DNA of 64,000 nt from the human T2T-CHM13v2.0 reference genome, Homo sapiens: NCBI RefSeq assembly GCF_009914755.1, contig NC_060933.1; one strand, written 5' to 3'. Below the pieces are notes generated by a model. It did no database searches. It saw nothing but the letters and a program-made list of their open reading frames with translations, and was not told the DNA's origin. Of this stretch, positions 1 to 15,899 are shown in pieces (positions within the stretch are counted from its first letter, which is position 1; each line of letters opens with the position of its first letter). Position numbers and translations under genes: made by a program.

Positions 1-559
1 TTAATACTATTTTGTTTTCTAGATAAAAATGATTTTTCTATGATGCATGTGTATGGGAACAGCTCCCTCATGGCTGCTGGTGACCTTGAACATGTTCACA
101 TAGACAGGAAGGGCAAAGGTTTGGAATACAGCTTATCTGAGTCTTCCAAGATCACCTTGTGATCCGCAGAATGCTAGAGGATAGGAGGGTTGGGAGGTGA
201 TGTCTCCTACTCACCTCCTAGCTCCCCGCTGAAGCTATAATGGGACGGTTTTTCCTGTCTTCCTGAGTTCTTTTGAAGCATGATGTTTCCTGTCTGGTCT
301 TCTTTAGAAAAGAGCTGCAGAGTATAAAACAGCTTAGCTGCAGTGAGTATCCCACAACTTGTATTGCAATCATTGGATTGGCTCTTTGTTCCAGTGCTGT
401 CACTTTTGGTGTGTGGGACAAGCACCATGGAGAGTTGGCACCTTTGGCTACTCTTCCTTTCACTGTCTTTGTAAGTACATTTCCTGAAAGGAAAAGTGGC
501 TTCAAGTGTCTTTACTGATCATAACCGTCAGGGCTTGGCTTTGGCCTTGCCTTGTCTTA

Positions 560-1575
<1,016 letters not shown>

Positions 1576-2619
1576 ACAAGGTCTGAGTTTGGGTATGACC
1601 TAAAATGACTCTAGTAATAATATTATTTTGCCTTCCTCATAGTTTGGGAGTATCAGGTATATATGAAATGCTTTATATAGTATAAATTGTTGAGTTATAT
1701 AAGGTACTAGTTATGTATGTACGTTGCATAGGTGGGCAGTTCTGACAGTATCACACAGGAAGAGCCATGTGGGAGATGTCAGGTGCCCTGAGGTGTAGAC
1801 AGTGGTGGTGATCATTCTGAGTGCATCACATGGCTCCATTCTGCAGTGGCCCTGCTGCTTGGGTTGTATTGATTCCACCTGTTCCTATTTGCAGGCAAGA
1901 TCCCTAGTTGGTTTAAGTATTTTGTGCCTTGTCAAAACTATTGGTGCAAAGGACATTTACCTGTCTACTGTGATTTATAGTATGCAAATTACCTAAGATG
2001 TATCAGTCAGAGCAAAGCTCATGACTTAAAAAAATCATGAAAATAAATGCTCTTTTTCCTTCTTTCTATAGCCTCAATAGTTGCTGGCAGCCATGTTGTC
2101 ACCAGCTGATAATCTAGCTTGTTTATGAAACTGACAGAAGAGTGCCAAGTCAAGAGAACTCCTTGTTCGCAAACTGTGCTTGAAGACACTCTCTGGGCTT
2201 AACAGAAACTTAAGCTACTGTATTTCCTTATTGCCTAAACAGGTTGATTGGATTTTATGTTGCTTACAATACAAAGGATCCTAATTGACAACCAAGAGAC
2301 AAAAGGGCAGAGAAGGAGAAAATCAAATTTTCTCTGAATGACTTAAGTAAACCCTATTCCAAAAGGAGATGAGTTAATGTTATATGGAAATCAATAACCC
2401 ATGTTTTCCATTTGTCTCAAAAGGTTACTCTTGATATTTAGTTTAACTTTATCTTGCTTATAAAAACATTTGAAAGTTGAGGAAAAATACAACGTGAATT
2501 GCCTTTTGCTTCTGTGGTAAAGAGAACATCTACACATACAGAATGCACTCCTCATAGAGGATTGGTGAACTTTCTCTAGCAGAAGCCATAGTAAGGCATC
2601 TGAGATGTAGGAAAAATAA

Positions 2620-3145
2620 TAATGGCAAACATTTGTAACATGCTTACTATATATGAGGCATTTTCTAATTGCTTTATACATGGTAAGTCACTTAAAGATT
2701 ACAACCAGCTGGGCATTGTGGCTCATGCCTGTAATCCCAGCATATTGTGGGGCTGAGGCAGTAGGAATTCTTAAGCCCAGGAGTTTGTGATCAGCCTGGG
2801 AAACATAGTGAGACCCCCATTTCTACAAAAAAATACAAAGTAAAAATAAAAACTGGCCAGGCCTGTAATCCCAGCTACTGAGGTGGCTGTGGTGGGAGGA
2901 TCACTTGAGCCCAGGAAGTTGAAGCCGCAGTGAGCCATGACTGTGCCACTGCACTCTAGCCTGGGAGACAAAGCGAGACCCTGTGTCAAACAAAACAAAA
3001 TGCAAGCATTCTTTGAGGTTGGTACTCTTATTATACCCATTTCACAGTTGAGGAAAGGGAGGTACAGAGAGGTTAAGTATGTAGTAAAGCTGGGATTTGA
3101 ACTCAAGTACTTTGTCTCCGAAGTCCATGTTTTTAGCTGTTATTT
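2620..3145 (-). mobile_element. MIR, split by an Alu
   Basis: MIR core ttattatacccatttcacagttgaggaaa...agagaggttaag...gctgggatttgaactc after the Alu; MIR 3' part before it. Confidence 0.75.
2707..3000 (+). mobile_element. Alu, AluJ-type
   Basis: gctgggcattgtggctcatgcctgtaatcccagc...ggaggatcacttgagcccaggaag...ctgggagacaaagcgagacc, with A-rich tail. Confidence 0.95.
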
Positions 3146-3409
3146 TATCCTGCGATATTTAAGGGAAAGCTAGTTGATTTTAGAAAAAGCATACTAGAAA
3201 CCTGTACTGAATATATGGAATATTCTTTACCTCAGCCCCTCTACTTCCTATGCCCTCCCATACTGTTCATCTCTTCATATAATTCAATTTGCGTTTTTGA
3301 TTAGGAGTGGCAATAATAATGTCTTTTTCAGAGGGTGGGGAGGGAGGTTCGGGTGAATTTGGGAAAGAAAAGTGATAGAGAACCCAAGTTTATCACCTAC
3401 TATTTACTA

Positions 3410-3925
3410 TATTGCAAATGACAGAAAATCTAGCTCAATTGTGCTTAAAATGGGTATAATTTATGAGGTCACATAACTGGAAAATCTTAGAATGAATCTC
3501 TGGCTTGCAAAAGCAGTTTGACAATGACCATCAAGTCTCTTTTTCTTTCCAACTCCATATTATACCTTCTGGGGTATTAGACTCATTCTGACGCTGTTTT
3601 CCTTAAGGAGAAAAAAATGGCCTCTAGGATTTCTGAGTGTTACACTCACATCCTTTCAGACTAAAGGAGAGAGACAGGGTTTCCTGAGTATGTTTAGCAA
3701 ATGCTTTCTTCATTCTCATTGGCATACAGTGGATCATCTGGCCACTTCAAGCTGGGGCCAGGACATAGGATTATATTGATTTGTTTGGGCCTGTGAACCA
3801 TGCCCCCATCTAATGCCATAGGCAGATTGAACTTCTTCCACCTCACGTGAAAGCAGTATGGATAATAAAAGTGGAGTAGTTGACAAGAGAAATGGGTGTG
3901 GATATCGAAGAATAATCACAGTACA
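3410..3925 (-). mobile_element. Old MaLR LTR (MLT1J/K/L-like)
   Basis: Typical MLT1 reverse-strand start ttgcaaatgacagaaaatctagctcaa...cacataactggaaaatc. Degenerate; subfamily uncertain. Confidence 0.55.
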
Positions 3926-3978
3926 CTAGACTTAGCTTTAGCTCAAAATTGACCACATTTTTGGTCAGTGATCTATAC

Positions 3979-5251
<1,273 letters not shown>

Positions 5252-6135
5252 TCGAGTTCTTAAAAATAGTTGTGCTTGCTTCTGATTTTTAATAATATTT
5301 GTGTAAACTTCAAATTTGCACATTTTAATTACTTTTAATGAACATTGTATTGTACATGAAAGTTAATTTGGAGAACTATTTCATAGTCACCCCCCCACAC
5401 ACATACATATAGCTGGCTATATGTATGTGTTTCAATAGTAGTAAGTTCATGATAGCTTAAAATCACTCAAGCTTGCCTTAGGAGCAGTTCATGTCTGCAG
5501 CCCCCATGGAACTACATATCTTTATGTTTAAGTGGAAGATTCAGAATTAGCAATGAGAGCACAGTATTTATAAAGACCAAAAAAACAGAGCATGTTACTT
5601 TACTTCTGTTATTCAATCTGACCACTTAGAGTTTCAATTTGTAAAACTATACAATCTGAATGCTATAGAATTTTTTCTGGTTAAGTGCAAATTTCAGTTT
5701 AGAAATGAAATTTTATGGAATTTGTCTTTAAAACTGAATTTTATTCTTTTTGAAATTGCTAATAGTCTTTAAAGTAAAGAGCAATTCAAGAAAATTGTTA
5801 TTGCTAATTATTCCATGATTATAAAAAAACACAATGTGCTAGGCACACCACTGAGTAAACCTTTGGAGAGTAAATTGCAGATGTCATAACATATCATCCC
5901 TAAATCATGCAACATGCAATTTCTAAGAATAAGGATACTCTTTAACATAACTGTAGTGATAATATCAAACCTAAGCAAGTTAACAGTTATTTCCAAATAT
6001 GTAACATTTAGTTAATATTCAAATATCCTCAGTTGTCTCTAGGATTCAATCAAGATTCATGCATTACCTTTGGTCATTATGTTGCTACAGCTTTTTTTTT
6101 TTAATGGATAATTTCAAACATAGTAGGTGCAGAAA

Positions 6136-6806
<671 letters not shown>

Positions 6807-7084
6807 CAGCCATGAATACTTTTTAAGGCCAATTTTACACATTATATGTTTCAGTATATATCACTAAAAGATACAAATTTTGAAATATAACCACCATACC
6901 ATTGCACACTTAAACATTAATAGTTCCTTAATGTCATCAAAAAATAGCATTCAAGTTTTCTCAACTATCATATAAATGTTTAAAGAATTTGCTTCAGTCA
7001 GAATTCAAACAAATGTTGCATCATATTTAGTTGCTATATATAAGTTTCTTAACTCTCTTTTAATCTATAATTACCCTTTTTTTG

Positions 7085-7085
<1 letters not shown>

Positions 7086-7126
<41 letters not shown>
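7086..7126. repeat. (T)41 homopolymer
   Basis: Direct count of uninterrupted T. Confidence 0.97.
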
Positions 7127-7132
<6 letters not shown>

Positions 7133-7141
7133 TGTGGATTC

Positions 7142-7280
7142 TAGGTAGCGATTTATAGATTGAATGGTCATCCAAACTGGGACAATTTTGAGAGAGAAAG
7201 GTGATATTATTAAAATGACACCAGGATGGCAGGTGTGTACCAGGGCACTATTTAGCAAAGAGTGCTATGTGGTTACTCTA
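7142..7280 (-). mobile_element. MER94-like hAT-Blackjack MITE (degenerate)
   Basis: ccaaactgggacaattttgagagagaaagg...tatgtggttactcta is the reverse-complement homologue of the intact copy at 58726-58858. Confidence 0.7.
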
Positions 7281-8289
7281 AAGATACTTATTGTACCATT
7301 TTTCAACTTTTCTGTATGTTTCAAAGTTTCCAGAATAATAAAACATGGAAAATATTGATGTTCTGAAAGGAAAACAATTGGTTATTTGCTATTACCATAT
7401 TTTGTCCTTAATGCAGGGGGAAATTTAGAAAGAATAGCAATGAAATGTTGAAACCTTCAAATGAGAAGCAAAGATGAAGCATTAAAGAGATATCTAACTT
7501 ATAAAAATCACTTTGTTCTCTCATGCATTCATGCAACATATTTAACTATCTATCTCCATATTTTATGTAGGGTTGATGATGAAATAAACATGTTTTTACT
7601 CATACACAGTTTACAGTCTATAAAAGGAACTGGACATTGAATAGGAAAAACACAAAAATACAGGACATCAAAGACAGTCCTTTTTTAAAAAAAGAAACAT
7701 GACCAAGAGGATTATATCTGAAGGTTTTAGATATGAGATTTTCCTTTGGAAGAGAAATTTAGTCTACTTTGTCTTTAACAATCTTTTGTATTACTGATAT
7801 ACTACAAAAATTCTTATTTCTTATAAATTACCGAACTTAATCCAGTTCTTGCCTTCTGGTTTTTCCTCCACCATTCTCCCTTTAGCTTATTCCCAATCAT
7901 ACTAACAAGCCAGGACCAGTATTGTTCCTAATTGCAAGTAATTAAATGGTTTTGTTCAAAGTTTCATGTAAATAGCTAGGAACGATTGTCAACAGTATTT
8001 TAACATTAAAGAACATGAGAGTAGGTGGTATTTTTTAATATAATTTTTTTTTTTTAGTTGTGAGAAATTAAGGATCTCATTTTACAAGTTAAGGCAGGGA
8101 AGATGAAAAGAAATACATTGTCTTTAAATAAACACAAACTTCCTCATCTTTGCCTTGTTTCACGGACATCTGAACTGTTAAAAAGGCTTATGGGAAAGTT
8201 ATAACATGTAACCAAACAAATATATATGTGTCTTTTAAATAATTTAAGACTTTCCAGACATATGGCTTTTTGCAACATGTAAGTTCAGT

Positions 8290-8861
8290 GTACTGAGATT
8301 TCTTCACTTGCAACTTAAAAAAGAGGAAAGCCACCACCTAACCTCTGACAGGCCGCCTGGCATTCTCATCCAGGCCTTGGTGTCTCTGTGGGATGTAATC
8401 TCATAGAAAACCCACATGGACAGGCCCACTCAGTGACAACCACGAATAAGTGGAACAAAAGCAAGATCATTCTTGCAATTTTGTCTAATACAAAAACGAA
8501 GTCACATGAAACCACACGAACACATCCCCCTATCCTGGCTAATACAAGGGACTAATGTTGCTTTACCAATTACAGCTTTAGCCTGGCTTTAATCTTCTTC
8601 TCCTTCTAGTTAAGAACTATTAAGATACCAAATTATAGAATCTCTGACAACATTCAATCTAGAGCATGGTTCGACATTATGAAATCTTCCCCGAAATCAC
8701 CTAACATGAATCCAAATCCTGCAAGTCCTTTCCAACATGCTCTTTTTTATGTACCCCATAGTTCTCCATCAGCACATTCTTCTTCATGGCAGTGAGAAAC
8801 ATACCCAACTTATTCAACGACAAGTGTGTTCCTGGTGGATTTTTGCCAGAAAGTATTGACA
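8290..8861 (+). mobile_element. ERV1-type solo LTR (MER90/MER110-like)
   Basis: ttaccaattacagctttagcc...aatcacctaac...ccaacttattcaac...tgtgttcctggtgg...tattgaCA terminus. 5' boundary uncertain. Confidence 0.6.
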
Positions 8862-9949
8862 ATCTAACCTACACATTGATTTGTGGAAAGTGGAATGCTA
8901 AGGCCCTTTTCTCAAGAAATTATCATGTTTAAGTCATAAACCGGGCTTCACTCGGTTTATGCCATGTACAAAATTTCTTTAAAAAATTACTCATGAAAAT
9001 TAATGATTCCAGTTTGGCTTTCAAAACCCTCTGAAGGAGTGTGTTCAGTAGGCCACTTGATTATTTTTTGGTGACCATTAGCCCATCTCTGACCACAGTG
9101 GCTCTTCCAAATACATTATTGTCAGTACTAGATGACACAGGCGTGAAACAGATTAGATTATCTTTCAGTGGCTCCCTGTAGTTTTAGTAATAAAGTTTAG
9201 CTCCTCTCCCAGGGTAGAGAAGCTGTGGTTCTGGCCTGGCTTAACTCTCCCACCTTCTCTCCCTCAATTCTTACCTTGAAATATACCGGGCTTCCCTAAT
9301 CTCCAGCTACGTTTAGCTACTTCCTTTTCAGTTTTACTTTGGAATCCTGGTCATGCATGTAGTGGTACAGTGAGGTTGGCAGAATGGGCTGATGATGTTA
9401 CTGATGGAAGGATGGAGGACGCCAACACGAAGAATATGAGTTCCGATTGAAAGTATAATAGGGAAAGGGCTCAACTGTCTACCACCAGCAAGATCTGAAG
9501 CAGATGCTCTGTCAGAGAGGGGCAGTCTCCTTGGTCTCCAGCCTCCAGCCAACTTCTTTGCTCCCTCAGGGGTATCAACTCAGCAGGCCTGGTCTTTGTG
9601 TCTTTTAGAAACATTTCTTACATCTCAGCCAGAGTATGAAACAAAACATATTGATGTTTCTACAGTAACTTTGAATTACCTAATGAAGGGGAGGAAATGT
9701 ATCAGTTAAACAAATTGGGGTTACTTTATGTTCATTTTTCAATTCAATGATTTGCTCTAATTATAAACCCTTCTTTTAAGGTAAATTAGAAATTTGGCAT
9801 TGGTCATTTGCCTCACAATAGTAAATAATGATCACTGTTTTTTTCTTGTGTGTGTTTTTCAGCACATGTTACAATTTTATCCTTTGTAATTATTATGGAC
9901 TCATGGTCTTTCACTGACAACCAGTACCAACCAACCCCTGAAATGCAGC

Positions 9950-10090
9950 TACTTGTGAAAGTATTCTCACTTTCTAGCAAGGTTTCCCAGGCTTGTTTTG
10001 ATTTTTCCCATTTCGAAGCTATTTGCCATGGAACTTTGGTTCCTTTTAGTGGGGGATAGTTAGAGACCAAAATCTGGGTGCTAGGGTCTA
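9950..10090 (-). mobile_element. L1MC-type fragment
   Basis: ttccaggct-like start, ttggttccttttagtggggg...tagagaccaaaatctgggtgctagg. Confidence 0.55.
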
Positions 10091-10609
10091 CATTACATTA
10101 TTTTACATGGACACTGCGTCACAGCACAGTGACTTAGGGGCTACCAGCCACTCAATTCACAGAGGCAAACAATTATATTTTTAAATAAAAATTTATTTTT
10201 TGTATTTGCAATTTATTTACAGTTATTTTTGTTGCTCTAATTTGAGAGTTTATTATTTTTACCTATTCTTTGTTTTATTTTTCCCCTTTCCACTAATGTT
10301 GATGTTATATATACATAATGGCATTATGAATATACAGCATTATTCTAAATTAAAGGTTGAATTACAGTGTCAAATGACAGAGAGGAGGCTGGGCAGAGAA
10401 GACCTTAGATGTCTACTAAAAATATCTTCTTTGCAATGCTATTGTGATGAATAGACAGAACATATGTAAAGCTCCAGACCACAGTGTTGACAGAATACCT
10501 GCTAATTGTTGACATTATTGCCAGAAATAATTTTAGCAATAGAGCACTTTGTTCATTTTTTTTATTTTATGGTTTTGGGATGCGAGACAATGGAACATAG
10601 CTTGGAGGA

Positions 10610-11246
10610 TTTTTAAATAACAGCTCAATTGCGATATGATTCACATGCCACAGATTTCACCCATTTAAGGTGTGTAATTCAATGAATTTTAGTATATTCA
10701 CAGAGTTGTACAACTAACACCAAAATAGATTTTAGAATATTTTTTATCACCCTACCAAAAAAAGAAAATCTACCTATTAGCATTCACTTCCCATTTCCCC
10801 CAACCACCTCAGCCCAAGACAACCATTAATCTCCTCTATATCTCAATATATTTGCCTATTCTGGACATTCTCTATAAATGGAATCATTCACTCTATGATT
10901 GTATGACTGGCTTCTTTCATTTAGCATAATGTTTTTAAGGGTCAGCCATATTGTAGTATGTATCAGTAGTCCATTCTTTTTTATGGTTGAATGATATTTC
11001 ACTGTATGGATGTAACACAATTTGTTTAACCGTTCATCAGTTGACAGACATTTGGGTTGTTTCTACTGTTGTGTATTATGAATAATGCTACTATGAACAT
11101 TCATGTACAAATGTTTGTGGAGACATATGTTTTCATTTCTCTAGTATACACTTAGGAGGGGAATAGCTAAGTCATGTGGTTATTCTACTTTTAGCCTTTT
11201 GAGGAACTGCCAGACTTTTTAAACAGCGCTGCACTGTTTTACATTC
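10610..11246 (-). mobile_element. L1MB-type 3' end (5'-truncated)
   Basis: aacagctcaattgcgatatgattcacatgcc...ttcacccatttaagg...ctggacattctctataaatggaatcat...ttgaggaactgccagact. Confidence 0.88.
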
Positions 11247-13039
11247 AGCCTAAAGGATTTTACCGTGCTACAGTCATTTATTTTGTTAGATTTGGACACT
11301 GTCATTTTTGTTACTCTTAATTTCAAAGGGCTGATGTGTATGATTGTATCACAAGTGTATGAAAGGAATACAACTATCTAGAAGCATTTTGCTGAAGAGT
11401 CACACCTGGTAGATTCAGACCAAACTGCAGTGCATAGAAGATGAAGCAGGAGTAAGAAGGAAAGGGTTTTCCAGTTGGCTGGGGCTGATGAATCCTGTTA
11501 CAATCTAAAGGTCAGAGAAGGTCAAGCATGGCCCCTGGGACTTAGTGGCTAAGACTGGGAAAAATGAAACCAGTGTATAGATGTAAATAGAGAAAGAAAT
11601 CTGAGGGACGTGGACAAAAAAGAGCAAATTAGCAATTTTATAAGGCATGATTTTTAAATTAATAAAAAGGAAACCCAATTAAGGGCCAGAAGTATAGCTG
11701 ATATAGGAAAGTAGCTTTGGTACAGTGGAAAGCATTCCAGATTTGGGGCAGAAGCCGTGGACTCTGTTCGTTCCTTTAGTGCGTATCAACAACATGACCT
11801 TGGGAAAGTCACTTGACCCCATCTGTGCTCATTTACTATTTTGTGCACATCTCTATCATAGCCCTTATTACATCATATCGTTGTGAGCTATTGCAGTTTT
11901 GCAACTTGCCACTCACCTTAGTGGAATTTTGCTATGAAAGGACAAGATTTAATCCAGATCTTTCCTCAGTAACTTCTGTGTGTTTATCCTTTTCTTCTTT
12001 ATGCTCTAGTGGAGCAGAGATTGGTTTTCCCCTGCCTTGAAGTTAATTTGAGTCACTCCTCAGCATTGAAGAGTAGTCTCTTCCCATAGTTAGCATGGCA
12101 CCAGGTTCCCATCTGGGGGCGTTGTATTTCATGTTTCATCAGGCATCCCATAGTGCAGTTATCTCGGCACAGGCGTAAATAAGATCTACCTCTGCCTGAA
12201 CTGGCCTAGAGAGTTGCAGATGATGCCAGCCTTCTACTGGAGATACAGGAAATGCTTCATGATGTTATGAGCCTTGAGGATAATAGCTTTGACCTACTAA
12301 ATTCAGACTTTGAGCTTCCATGGGGATGACTTCAGTGTAGATAAGATGAATGGAAGAGAAAATATTCAGCAACCATTTTGATGACCTTCAAACTCTTGAA
12401 CCTAATTGCCAGCCAGCTTTCCAGTAAGAATGCTGAGCCGTAGTAGTTCAGCATCCTTTCAGGTTATATGGTCCCATTTGATAAGCCCCTCCCCATTTAT
12501 TTTCTCCCTTTTTATCCTTGAAAAGAAATTGTTCCCAAGGATGACTCCAGTTGATTATCCAGGGATGTCGGACATGATTAATACCCTACCTTACATCGTA
12601 CATCATCTTTTTTTTCCCTTTGGGGCCCAGAGAGCAATGTCCTTCTCTGCTCCTTGCTGCCACAACAAATAAGTTCCCCTGTATTATATTTACAGAAAGA
12701 CATATTTCCTGATGTCTGTGCCCTGCACAGCTTAGCAGATTGGATGACAGTAGTTAGGACGGTCATAAATCCAATGCTGGCATGGTGTGTCTGGGGTGCT
12801 GCCAGGGGTCAGACTCATGGAACTACCATAAATGGCTGCCCGGAAAAATGACAACCAGAAATAGTATGAACCTTCTTTTTGCCCCTCCCACTCCAATTGC
12901 AACAGATAACAGAAGGGAATCCAGAATGTCTGAGCATCACTGAACAGGGAGCTGTCATTTACAGCCTGGTGCTGTAAGGTAGAAAAGGACACATCTGGGT
13001 AAAGCAACAGAAGACCCTGGGCTCCAGAACTGCTTTTAC

Positions 13040-13200
13040 CTCTTTCAGGCTTACATTGAGTAAACAAGGAAACTCTTTAAGCTTCTATTTCTTTGTCTGT
13101 AAATAGGGGTTAGTAGTACCTAGCTTGCCGTTAGTGAGAAGGATTAAATCCCATATTATACATGGAAGTACTTTGTAACCTGCCAAGTACTGTGGAAATA
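13040..13200 (+). mobile_element. MIR fragment
   Basis: MIR core-like tttctttgtctgtaaataggggttagtagtacct...gaaggattaaat. Confidence 0.6.
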
Positions 13201-13784
13201 CAAGGAGTTCGTGTCTTCTGCTATGTGCTGGACATGTTGGTACTGCTTCCTTCTTGGTCTCCATTTCAAAGTGTGTCTGCACGTTCACATCACTGTTCCT
13301 GCTGACTCCCACCCTCTCTCTGCTGCTTTTCCTTGGCCCCCAGTGGGGCATGATCCCTGACTCTGGACAGACTTCTCATCCTAGTGTTTACTTCTGTGTA
13401 TGTCCTGAGTGCTGGCTATCTTCTGTGTTCTTGGCCAACATTTTATGTTTCCTCATTATGGCTCACATCCCTGATTCTCTTTTGTCTGATATCTATAGAT
13501 CCACCTGAAAAGACATTTCAAGACCCTTGTCAAGTAAGTCTAAATGGGTTTCACAATACAGTTAATCTTTAATCCAACAGAAATTAGATTTTGTATTTGA
13601 TATAGGTTGGGAAACAAGGTTTTGGTCTGCCAGATGGGGTTCTATATGTTTCAAGTAAGGATTCTTGGATTGGAAGGGACCTACAGTAATTAAAACTCAA
13701 TAATAGCCTGAAGCTAAACTAGCCAAGCAAAACACTGAATTTGGAAATGGGTCAGAAAGGAAAGAGAGTGAAGAAGCAAAAGGC

Positions 13785-14078
13785 TTTTTTTTTTTTCTTG
13801 AGATGGAGTCTTGCTCTTTTGCCCAGGCTGGAGTGCAGTGGTGCAATCTCGGCTCACTGCAACCTCCACCTCCCGGGTTCAAGCAGTTCTCTGCCTCAGC
13901 CTCCTGGGTAGCTGGGACTACAGGCGCCTGCCACCACACGGCTAATTTTTTATATTTTTAGCAGAGATGGGAGTTTCACCATCTTGGCCAGGCTGATATT
14001 GAACTCCTGACCTCGTGATCCACCTGCCTTGGCCTCCCAAAGTGCTGGGATTACAGGCATGAGCCACCATGCCAGGCC
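13785..14078 (-). mobile_element. Alu, AluS-type (Sg/Sc-like)
   Basis: Full reverse dimer. TSD aaaagg/cctttt with one mismatch (13778-13788, 14079-14089). Confidence 0.95.
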
Positions 14079-14276
14079 AAAAGCCTTTTAAAGGCTTTAT
14101 TTTGGGGGTAGGTGGGTGGGTGGTGTGATTATGGTTAATTTTAATTTTGATATAATAATAGAGCAATGTAATGAACAAAATGTATGAACAAAAACAGCTA
14201 TTAGAGAAATTTAAAAAAATATCAGAACTTTCAGGTAAACAGAAGGGAATATGGTAGGGGTGAATAGAAATTTGAG

Positions 14277-14739
14277 TGTGGAGGCTAAAGCAACTCCATC
14301 TTGGATGCTAATTCACCATGTTCACTTCTGATTAACTGCAGCTCTAGGAATGCCTCTAAGTTCTCTATTTTATCTGCTGTTCTTTTTTTTTAGAGCATGT
14401 ACCTACTGTAAATCCTGCCCTTGGGTCAAAACAACATGAACTGTAAATTCTGTCCTTAGGTAGATTCACATTGCATTCTTGCCTTTCTCTGAGGGGTTGA
14501 CTTCAGCTGTCCTACAAATTCCTTCCATATGGTTTATGAGCCTTGGGTCTGGGGAATCATAGCATGGGGACCCCACCATCTTGTCTCCCCATCGCCTGAG
14601 ACACAGCTATGGCTTCTCTTTGTAAGTGCCTATTAAATGTTTCTTCCTAAGAAGCTGGATTTGTCAGTTTCTTTCTTCGGCCTCTCAGCTTCCTCAGCCT
14701 TTGGGAGTAGATTTGCATAGAGCTGCCCATTGCGGAACA
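14277..14739 (+). mobile_element. ERVL solo LTR (LTR47-like)
   Basis: TG...CA termini (TGtggaggctaaagcaactccatcttgg ... attgcggaaCA), internal attaaa polyA-like signal, degenerate 5-bp TSD ttgag/ctaag. Confidence 0.75.
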
Positions 14740-14945
14740 CTAAGCCAGGAAATAAAGAGAACTAGAAACCAAACAAATAGTAAAGGCAAAATAAGATGGC
14801 AGGTGGACTTCTGGGCAATTATTGAAGTAGCGATTACACACCTGATTTCAACAGAGGAAAAAAGAGTAAAATAAAATTAGACTTTATAGTTACACTCATG
14901 ACAACTCCAGGCACAGCTCAGCTCATCCTTAGTGTAGCTTTGCAA

Positions 14946-15717
14946 CAGGCCCACCCCAACTCCAAAGAACCTAGAGCAAGAGTATAAATGGAGATCTAAA
15001 TACTCAAAAGTCCTACATCAAACTCACAAGTTGATAAAATATTCTTCTATCCTTCTGTCTTTCTTGTTTCTTGACACAAATACTTTTATAATATCCTAGA
15101 AGACCAGCTTCAAAAGTAGAATTCTTGGACTTCTGTGCCAGAATATGGCTATGTAAGGAGAACAGCCCCCATACCTTGCTAACTCCTGTTCACTTCCCAC
15201 TCTGCTTTGTCCTGCTCTGCAAGGGGCTTTGCGTACACATGTGTGGATACTCCAGCCTGCATGTTCAAGCTCTCTCTACATCCCCAGAAAACAACTATTT
15301 CCTCTTTATATCTTGGGCCTAAGGTGTGCCTATTGGCATGGTCTGTACTTAGAAAGATCGTTGAGGGAAGGTTTGGAGCAGTTGGAAGGTGTTTGGGCAG
15401 GAGACTCCCTCTGTTAGATCAAAAGGGGCTCAGTTAGTTTCTGCTAGTGTGGAGATAAATCATATTATGGCTAGGGGCCATGATGGTAGGAGCAGTCATA
15501 GTAATTCTTGCTCCAGTAAGAGTAAGTAATCCCAGGGCTCCGGATGCTGAGTTCATGGTCTTGAATGGGGGCAGGGCAGAGGCTCTGGGTGGGCATGAGC
15601 CCTTTGCCTTGCAGACTTCTCCCTTGTGTAGGCACCAGCCATTGGAGGCGTAGAGTGGGCCCTTGAATGTGTGTGTCCCAGGACAGCAGCCTTGGCCATG
15701 CTCTAAGTGTAGTACTG
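14946..15717 (+). mobile_element. MER115-like hAT-Tip100 element
   Basis: Start caggcccacccc...gcaagagtataaatggag and end tctaagtgtagtactg. Clearly homologous to the copy at 39458. Confidence 0.65.
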
Positions 15718-15899
15718 CAAATGAAAGACTTAAAACCTTCTCTTTTCATTTTATTAGAACCCAGGAAAGATTTAAAGGGTGTTCTGGTCTCCTTCTCCAC
15801 CCCGCAGGCAAGGAGGGCTAAAGTCCCATATGTGGACATACGAGACTAAATTCAGCTGGCTTTTCTGTTTTTGCTTTCCTCATTGGTGGAATGGGAGTA

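Noticed and set aside
207-518. Overlapping ORFs at the window start
   Set aside because: No homology recognised and no convincing splice or Kozak context.
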